From Eledone cirrhosa (lineage: Eukaryota), in the NCBI GenBank assembly GCA_964016885.1, contig OZ024741.1:252836001-252900000 (forward strand): a DNA stretch of 64,000 nt. The letters run 5' to 3'. Below the pieces are notes generated by a model. The model saw nothing but the letters and a program-made list of their open reading frames with translations, had not been told where the DNA came from and searched no databases. Shown here piece after piece: positions 54,870 to 64,000 of the stretch. The translations under genes and the position numbers were made by a program. The number at the start of each line of letters is the position of its first letter. The first letter of the stretch is position 1.

Positions 54870-55846
54870 TTAATTGTAAGTTGTGATGTTGCTATTCCAT
54901 TCATGTTTTCTATTTAATTTTGGTTGGAGTTCATTTATGTTTATTGCCTCTGTGATTTGTCTAAACATTGCGTCTTTTCTGTGTGTAGATTCTATTTTTA
55001 TTTCTATATTCTCTAATTTACCCTTATGTTCTATTTTAGCATGTTGGTGGAGTACAGATGATTCTTTACTATCTTGAAGCTCTCGTCAGTGTTCATTTAT
55101 CCGTTCTCCTATACTTCGCGCTGTCTCACCTATGTACACTATATTCTTATCTCTACATTGTCCTTCAGTACATCTTATGCTATATACTACATTTCTAGTT
55201 TTACAGTTAATATGGGGACTTAGTTTACAGATTATACATTTCTTATCTATACAGGGAGGTCTTTGAAAAGGGTATGTATTGCTAATAAGTGTTTTTATGG
55301 AGGTACCTGGTCTTTCTACTATCTTAATATTGAGTTTATGTTTATCTAGGGCCCGTCTAAATTTGTAAGCTAATTCACCTCTAGGGGCTGTATTGATGAA
55401 CATTAAACTCTGGTATTTATTGCTATCATACCATGAGTTTATTCTATTAACCTTATTCCTAGTTCTTTCTATTCTATTCCAAAATTTGCTCCTATACAAG
55501 GGGCAGGTCCCATTTGTATCATTATTTACCATTTTTCCCATTTGGTTCTGGCTCCTCTATATACTTTGATTTTATCTCTCTGATTGTAACCAGAGAACTG
55601 CATACAGTGGATGAAGTGTTGTATGTGTCTCTCTAGTTCTTTGGGGTTGCACATGTGGGACACGTTTCTCATCATCCATACCAAATCTGCAATAAGTATA
55701 TTGATTTTGGTGTGGTCCGAAACAGCTGAGTTTCGGTGGATCAGATATTTGGAAGTCATGGGTTTGGCATAATGGGAATGGAGGATTTGTTTTTTGTTAT
55801 TAATGGTTTCTAACCAGAGCTCTGTGTCTAGTACAGGTAATGTGTC
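54870..55846 (-). pseudogene. PLE RT-thumb/GIY-YIG endonuclease coding remnant
   Basis: Two overlapping ORFs joined by a frameshift near 55535. The frame continues past TGA (55086-55088) for 71 codons ending LNRKHEWNSNITTYN*. Confidence 0.85.
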
Positions 55847-56066
55847 TAGCAACATCACAACTTACAATTAAGGACAAAATGAAAACACACACATAGAACA
55901 AACAACCAACCAGTAACATGTAAATAAACAAATAAATAAACAAATATAAACACACACAGACACCCGGATGTAACACATGCGCAAAATAAGCACACAACAC
56001 ACACAAAAACAAGATGGCGTAGGACAGAACAAAGGAGAGGCACAAAAACAAAGAAAAGAATCCCTA

Positions 56067-56109
56067 GTCACTGAAGAGGTCACAGAATGTGTGACGAAAG
56101 AACTTTGAC
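56067..56109 (+). ncRNA. Hammerhead ribozyme in PLE pseudo-LTR (mirror copy ~54632-54674 minus)
   Basis: gtca-CTGAAGA-g gtcac agaatgt gtgac-GAAA-gaac-TT^tgac. Confidence 0.7.
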
Positions 56110-56262
56110 AATATCTGAACAATCGTCTGGTTGTGAAACCAACCAACCAACCGGAAATTTATAAATTCTTAAATTTATAATAAATTGGAGTGAAAGCTAC
56201 TGGTATGTGTGTTTCTTATTGGCAACATGACCCTCCCAAAGCATAACTATATATATATATAT

Positions 56263-56583
56263 AATGTATAATAAACAATACAATATAATTACCTCATTAC
56301 CAGAGGTTTCCCGAATAAGACGAATACAAATATTTGAAAAATCTCAAGAAAGGCAAAAGTTTTGCCTTTCTTGAGGAGATTTTTCAAATATTTCACAATG
56401 TTTTAAATTGCCTTGTCTGACGAACGAATGCAGACGTTTCTTGTATTCTCTTATTCGGGAAACCTCTGGTAATGAGGTAATTATATTGTATTGTTTATTA
56501 TACATTAAATTTAGCTCTGTAACTTACATAGAGCACTCTTCACTCCTATGACTTTTTCAATTTTCAACGGAAACTTCAATACT
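56263..56583. mobile_element. Fold-back element with hammerhead
   Basis: Arms 56263-56320 and 56450-56506, inner palindrome 56328-56394, right tail TAGAGCACTC. Confidence 0.75.
56409..56479 (+). ncRNA. Type I hammerhead ribozyme
   Basis: tgccttgt-CTGACGA-[cgaat...attcg]-GAAA-cc tct gg-TA^atgaggta. Downstream tail is similar to that of the 412-685 element. Confidence 0.75.
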
Positions 56584-56726
<143 letters not shown>

Positions 56727-57069
56727 AGACACTTTATTTCACATTGCTCCAGTTTACTCAGCTGTAGAAATGAGATGATAAGGACCCCAGTCCCTATCAT
56801 TCCACTGCAAAGTGGTCATGGAGGTGCCACGGCAAAAAAGCACCCACCACTCACTGTAAATGAGGTTGGTGTTAGGAAGAGCATCCAGCTGTAGAAATCA
56901 AGCCAGAATCAGTTCCCGTCCCACCCTTGCAAGCAGGGAAAAAGCAGACGTAAAATGAAATGATGAATGATGATGATATATAATTTTTGATATTTTAATG
57001 TTAAAGAATAAAAACTAATGATTAAATATATATTTTTAAAAATGAGTCCCCTGTGATTGTGTGGCCCTA

Positions 57070-58391
57070 TGCTATAGCTTATTTAGCTTCGAGGAAAGTC
57101 CAGAGACTCAGATTGCTATAGCTTATTTAGCTTGGAGGCAAGTCCAGAGACTCAGATTGCTATAGCTTATTTAGCTTCGAGGAAAGTCCAGAGACTCAGA
57201 TTGCTATAGCTTATTTAGCTTGGAGGCAAGTCCAGAGACTCAGATTGCTGTAGCTTATTTAGCTTGGAGGCAAGTCCAGAGACTCAGATTGCTATAGCTT
57301 ATTTAGCTTGGAGGCAAGTCCAGAGACTCAGATTGCTATAGCTTATTTAGCTTGGAGGCAAGTCCAGAGACTCAGATTGCTATAGCTTATTTAGCTTGGA
57401 GGTAAATCCAGAGACTCAGATTGCTATAGCTTATTTAACTTGGAGGCAAGTCCAGAGACTCAGATTGCTATAGCTTATTTAGCTTGTAGGCAAGTCCAGA
57501 GACTCAGATTGCTATAGCTTATTTAGCTTGGAGGCAAGTCCAGAGACTCAGATTGCTATAGCTTATTTAGCTTGGAGGCAAGTCCAGAGACTCAGATTGC
57601 TATAGCTTATTTAGCTTGGAGGCAAGTCCAGAGACTCAGATTGCTGTAGCTTATTTAGCTTGGAGGCAAGTCCAGAGACTCAGATTGCTATAGCTTATTT
57701 AGCTTGGAGGCAAGTCCAGAGACTCAGATTGCTATAGCTTATTTAGCTTGGAGGCAAGTCCAGAGACTCAGATTGCTATAGCTTATTTAGCTTGGAGGTA
57801 AATCCAGAGACTCAGATTGCTATAGCTTATTTAACTTGGAGGCAAGTCCAGAGACTCAGATTGCTATAGCTTATTTAGCTTGTAGGCAAGTCCAGAGACT
57901 CAGATTGCTATAGCTTATTTAGCTTGTAGGCAAGTCCAGAGACTCAGATTGCTATAGCTTATTTAGATTGGAGGCAAGTCCAGAGACTCAGATTGCTATA
58001 GCTTATTTAACTTGGAGGCAAGTCCAGAGACTCAGATTGCTATAGCTTATTTAACTTGGAGGCAAGTCCAGAGACTCAGATTGCTATAGCTTATTTAGCT
58101 TGTAGGCAAGTCCAGAGACTCAGATTGCTATAGCTTATTTAGCTTGGAGGCAAGTCCAGAGACTCAGATTGCTATAGCTTATTTAGCTTGTAGGCAAGTC
58201 CAGAGACTCAGATTGCTATAGCTTATTTAGCTTGTAGGCAAGTCCAGAGACTCAGATTGCTATAGCTTATTTAACTTGGAGGCAAGTCCAGAGACTCAGA
58301 TTGCTATAGCTTATTTAGCTTGTAGGCAAGTCCAGAGACTCAGATTGCTATAGCTTATTTAGCTTGGAGGTAAATCCAGAGACTCAGATTG
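57070..58391. repeat. 44-bp minisatellite, about 30 copies
   Basis: Unit TGCTATAGCTTATTTAGCTTGGAGGCAAGTCCAGAGACTCAGAT, head-to-tail with no spacers. Confidence 0.95.
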
Positions 58392-58772
58392 ATGTTGATT
58401 TCACAAGATTGCTGCAGAAGAAACTAGTGCAGCAGTTCATGTTGTAGATAAAGAGGGAGATGATTATAGTGGCCTTACTACCTCAACATTGTGAGGCTGT
58501 CTAGTCTACCATTTTGTTGACTCCTTAGTCCTACCCTGATGGTTACTGCTATGATGGCAAAACAGTTACATCCAATCCAGATTTAATGAACTTATTGAGA
58601 GCAACATGTCATCATCATCATCATCATCATTGTTTAAGGTCCATCTTCCATGCTAGCATTGGAAGCAAACAATGCTCAGATGACAAAGCAGCAGGTGGAG
58701 ACCAAATGTTTTTACAGTGGACTTGCAATGGCATACATGTTACACATAGACGCGATGTATGTGTATACATAT

Positions 58773-58808
<36 letters not shown>

Positions 58809-58818
58809 GGACACATGT

Positions 58819-58853
<35 letters not shown>

Positions 58854-58916
58854 GACAGAGAGAGAGCCATATATATATAGTATATAGACATATATGCATA
58901 TATAAATCATGTATAA

Positions 58917-58996
<80 letters not shown>

Positions 58997-59147
58997 TGTA
59001 TACATACACAATCATATACATATTTGATTATTTGATGTCTCTCTCTCAAGAAAAGAATACATGTTTGTATTGATCACGTGTATCTGTAGTTAACGAATTG
59101 TTAGTTGACATGCAATGAACAGCAGTTGACAGATGTTAATTAGTGAC

Positions 59148-61495
59148 AGCAACAACAACAACGACAACAATAACGTTAACAATCACAACAATAACAACAA
59201 CAACATTAACAATAACGATAACAATCACAGCAACAATAACAATAACGATAACGATCACAACAACAACATTAACAATAACGATAACGATCACAACAACAAC
59301 ATTAACAATAACGATAACGATCACAACAACAACATTAACGATAACAATCACAACAACAACAACAACATCAACAATAACCATAACAATCACAACAACAACA
59401 ACATCAACAATAACGATAACAATCACAGCAACAACAACAACATCAACAATAACGATAACAATCACAGCAACAACATCAACAATAACGATAACAATCACAG
59501 CAACAACATCAACAATAACGATAACAATCACAACAACAACATCAACAATAACGATAACAATCACAGCAACAACAACAACATCAACAATAACGATAACAAT
59601 CACAGCAACAACAACAACAACATCAACAATAACGATAACAATCACAGCAACAACAACAACATCAACAATAACGATAACAATCACAGCAACAACAACAACA
59701 TCAACAATAACGATAACAATCACAACAACAACATCAACAATAACGATAACAATCACAACAACAACAAAACATCAACAATAACGATAACAATCACAACAAC
59801 AACAACATGAACAATAACGATAACAATCACAACAACAACAAAACATCAACAATAACGATAACAATCACAACAACAACAACATCAACAACAACGATAACAA
59901 TCACAACAACAACAAAACATCAACAATAACGATAACAATCACAACAACAACAACATCAACAACAATGATAATAATCACAACAAAAACATGTACAACAACA
60001 ACAATCATAACAACAACAACAATCACAACAGCAACAACAACAACAATCAGAATAAGATCAACAACAACATCAACAACATCAACAGCAGTCACAATTACTG
60101 TTAGATGCCACAACAACAACTACAACAATAACAATGATAACAGCAACCAATATCACCACCACAACAACCACAACAACCACAACAGCAACATCAATAGCAA
60201 TCAAACAACAACCACACCAACAAACACCACCACCATCACAACAACCAGAATGACAACAACAGCCACCACCATCACCACCATCACCAGCACCACCAACACT
60301 ACTATCGCCACCAACATCTACACCACCATCACCACCATCACCACCACCACCATCACCACCATCACCACCATCACCACCACCATCACCACCATCACCACCA
60401 CCACCACCATCACCACCACCATCACCACCACCAACATCTACACCACCATCACCACCATCACCACCACCACCATCACCACCACCACCATCACCACCATCAC
60501 CACCACCACCATCACCACCACCACCGTCACCACCATCACCACCACCATCACCACCATCACCACCACCATCACCACCATCACCACCACCATCACCACCACC
60601 ACTACCATCACCACCACCACCACCACCATCACTACCACCACCACTACCATCACCACCACCACCACCACCACCATCACCACCACCACCACCACCACCAGCA
60701 TCACCACCACCATCACCACCATCACCACCATCACCACCACCATCACCACCACCAACATCTACACCACCATCACCACCATCACCACCACCACCATCACCAC
60801 CACCACCATCACCACCATCACCACCACCACCATCACCACCACCACCATCACCACCATCACCACCATCACCACCACCATCACCACCATCACCACCACCATC
60901 ACCACCATCACCACCACCATCACCACCACCACTACCATCACCACCACCACCACCACCATCACTACCACCACCACCACCACCACCAGCATCACCACCACCA
61001 TCACCACCATCACCACCACTACCATCACCACCACCACCACCACCATCACTACCACCACCACTACCATCACCACCACCACCACCACCACCACCACCACCAC
61101 CAGCATCACCACCACCATCACCACCACCACTACCACCACCACCACCATCACCACCACCACCACCACCACCACCATCAGTACCACCACCACCACCACCACC
61201 ACCACCACCACCATCACTACCACCACCACTACCATCACCACCACCACCACCACCACCACCACCACTACCACCACCACCACCAGCATCACCACCACCACTA
61301 CCACCGCCACCACCACCGCCACCACCACCACCACCAGCATCACCACCACCACCACTACCACCGCCACCACCACCACTACCACCACCACCATCACCACCAC
61401 CACCACTACCACCGCCACCACCACCGCCACCGCCACCCCACCAGCATCACCACCACAACCACCACCACTACAGCAACAACAACAACACCAACAAC
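59148..61495. repeat. Large compound (AAC/AAT) then (ACC/ATC) trinucleotide array
   Basis: Direct inspection; source of the poly-N/T/V ORFs. Confidence 0.95.
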
Positions 61496-61662
61496 TCATC
61501 TACTAAAACTGTAGACAGAGTAAAGAGACATGGTTGTAAGGTATAGAAATATCAGGTAAGAATCTGACAGGTGAAAGAGGTGTTTGTCTTACTACAGCAC
61601 TATAGTGTCTTGTAAGGTGGTAAGTTGACAGTCATTAGAACATTGGATAGAATGCTTTACAG

Positions 61663-61834
61663 CAGTCATGGACAAACTGTGGACCACGAGCAGCATGCGA
61701 CCCGTTTGGCTTTCTGAATGGCCCGCCTAATTCCAAAATTGCCTAGAATTTTTTAGTAGTGAGCCCCCCCCCCCCCCATATGATAAGCCACATCCTATGC
61801 GGTCCACTGCTTGAAAAAGGGTTGCCCAAGCCTG
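61663..61834. mobile_element. hAT (Charlie-like) MITE inserted in a SINE
   Basis: CAGTCATGGACAA / TTGCCCAAGCCTG TIRs; 8-bp TSD ctttacag / ctttacgg. Confidence 0.8.
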
Positions 61835-62610
61835 CTTTACGGTATTCATTCTGGCTCTCCACTCTCTGAGTTCAAAATCCACTAATGTCAAATTTGCCTT
61901 TCATCCTTTCGAGGTCGATAAAAAATGTACCAGTTTAGTACTGGGGTCGATTCTTCCTCCATATCTCATTCTTACTTCTTCATTCTCACTTTCTATCCTC
62001 TTCTGGAAGAAATCTGCTGTATTCAGACCTGGAGAGGAAATGGGCTCTGCCAAACTTAAGAACTGCCCTAGAAACACCATATACCACTATGGTGTCACTA
62101 TGACTCCATCCTAACTATTCTATAGTGTATTGTGCCTGTTTAGTGATGATATGTTATATTCTATACAATGGTAATGCTCATTTGCATACGGTGCAAACTT
62201 AGTGGGTTATAATTAATTAGCAGTAACAGTTAAGATAGTGTTAAGCACAATAGGAGTGTATATCAAATCATAAACTATATGCTTATATATAATAGTTTCT
62301 GATTTGGGCACAAGGCCAGTAATTTTTTGGGGGGGAGTTGATTAAATCGATCTCAGCAAATGATTGGTACTTGATTTTATCGACCCTGTATGGATGAAAG
62401 GCAAAGTTAACCTTGATGGGATTTGAACTCAGAACATAAAGGGACATAACTTTATACTGCAAAGCATGGGGTCCGATGCTCTACTAAATATATGAGAGCC
62501 TTGTTATTAAAATATTATTTTGTTATGAAAAAATTACTTTTTCCTCTTTTGTTCTGTGAACATGTCACGGAGCAATATTTTTCTTTGATAATGACGCGCT
62601 AATATGTTTA

Positions 62611-62959
62611 TCTATATACTACTAAAGTTCTGTGATAGCTTGCTTGCTTGCTTGTGTGTAATGTAATACAACCAAAAGGGCACATAATGGGAAAATACTT
62701 TGAAAGGAAGTTACCCCTGAAATGGGAACACAAATGGAATAAAACAAATTTCGCGTAAATCGAAGCACGGGTTCCCGAGATATGGGGCTTTCTGGGTACC
62801 TTCATAAACAGAGAGAGAGAAGGATAGAGAGAAAGAGATAGTGGTTGTGAGAGAGTAGATTGAAAGAAAGACATAGAGAGAGGGAGAGGAGACAGAAGGA
62901 GAATGGAAGAGAGAGAGAGAGACAGAGAGCTGGTGGTGTTGTTGTGTATACATATATGA

Positions 62960-63007
<48 letters not shown>

Positions 63008-63248
63008 ATATGTGTGTCTATGACTAGTGTATATAGATAACAGACACTCACATATATATATACACACACACAGATACATATATATGTATACAAACACACT
63101 CATATATATATATATACATACACACACGTATATATATATATATCGGCCTTCCAGTTTCATTTCACATTATATACATGTCTGTGTATATTTTAATTATTTA
63201 AAAATTATTTTAAAGTGAACATGACTCAATGTGACACGGGTGGTCTAG
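62611..63248 (+). mobile_element. Non-autonomous Helitron-like element
   Basis: A|TCTATATACTACTAAAG ... cacgggtggtCTAG|T termini. Confidence 0.6.
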
Positions 63249-63317
63249 TTATATATAAACATACAGTGTAAACCTTTATATATACTCCTTGTTGGTATCA
63301 CAACAAACAGGCTCCAG

Positions 63318-63810
63318 CTCACACTGTAAAGTGGTTGTGTAGGTGTCATGGCAAAAAGCACCTACCTCACACTGTAAAGTGGTTGTGTAGGTGTCATGGC
63401 AAAAAGCACCTACCTCACACTGTAAAGTGGTTGTGTAGGTGTCATGACAAAAAGCACCTAGCACACACCGTAAAGTGGTTGTGTAGGTGTCATGGCAAAA
63501 AGCACCTACCTCACACTGTAAAGTGGTTGTGTAGGTGTCATGGCAAAAAGCACCCACCTCACACTGTAAAGTGGTTGTGTAGGTGTCATGGCAAAAAGCA
63601 CCTACCTCACACTGTAAAGGGGTTGTGTAGGTGTCATGGCAAAAAGCACCTACCTCACACTGTAAAGTGGTTGTGTAGGTGTCATGACAAAAAGCACCTA
63701 GCACACACCGTAAAGTGGTTGTGTAGGTGTCATGACAAAAAGCACCTAGCACACACCGTAAAGTGGTTGTGTAGGTGTCATGACAAAAAGCACCTAGCAC
63801 ACACTGTAAA
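63318..63810. repeat. 48-bp minisatellite (~10 copies) derived from a SINE internal module
   Basis: Unit CACACTGTAAAGTGGTTGTGTAGGTGTCATGGCAAAAAGCACCTACCT runs straight into the GGAAGGGCATCCAGCT tail; degenerate array at ~25165-25545(-). Confidence 0.9.
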
Positions 63811-64000
63811 TGTGGTTGGCATTAGGAAGGGCATCCAGCTATAGAAACCAAGCCAGAAACAGTTCTGTATGAGCAAGACACAGTCACCTCACCCAGCTTG
63901 CCTCAAACAGGACAACCTATCTAATCCATGCTAGTGTGGAAAATGGATGTTAAACGATGATGATGATGATATATATATATAAAATATGAGTTGAATATGA

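Larger units (their letters stand above)
54490..56248 (-). mobile_element. 5'-truncated Penelope-like retroelement (Naiad/Neptune-like) with inverted pseudo-LTRs
   Basis: RT thumb (LPVLDTELW, HYAKPMTS), Cys-rich linker, GIY-YIG (VVYSIRC...VYIGETARSIGERINEH). Inverted arms 54490-54894 and 55847-56248, each with a hammerhead. Confidence 0.9.

Noticed and set aside
56185-56240. Canonical SECIS at GTGAA...TGAC in the PLE arm
   Set aside because: Helix II pairs poorly and there is no apical AA at the expected spacing; needs computation.
57070-58391. CRISPR-like regular array
   Set aside because: Units are contiguous with no unique spacers, no cas genes, eukaryotic context.
59965-61506. 513-aa Thr-rich mucin-like ORF
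   Set aside because: Pure ACC/ATC trinucleotide array open in several frames and strands; no signal peptide or unique domain.
63276-63844. Cys/His-rich 16-aa repeat proteins on both strands
   Set aside because: Translation of a SINE-derived 48-bp minisatellite.

Overview
AT-rich, microsatellite-saturated animal genomic DNA. The protocadherin style and the SINE/RTE repertoire point to a coleoid cephalopod such as an octopus (inference). The one convincing host coding region is a large minus-strand protocadherin exon (ATG 30005 to splice donor 27570: signal peptide, 6 cadherin repeats, TM, start of cytoplasmic tail). Nearly all other ORFs in the track are microsatellite artefacts. The rest is mobile DNA: tRNA-derived SINEs, RTE, R4/Dong-like and CR1-like LINE fragments, non-autonomous Helitrons, hAT and piggyBac MITEs, and two minisatellites. 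The most striking signal is about 20 short (150-500 bp) fold-back elements from many sequence families, nearly all sitting in (TA)n tracts. Most carry a minimal type-I hammerhead ribozyme (CUGANGA...GAAA, often with a palindromic helix III), an extra tail on one arm and a shared GAGYRCT-like motif. Two larger Penelope-like (GIY-YIG) copies with the same architecture are present. One of them has an in-frame TGA inside the endonuclease domain, a possible selenocysteine codon. All calls are by eye; coordinates of degenerate repeats are approximate.
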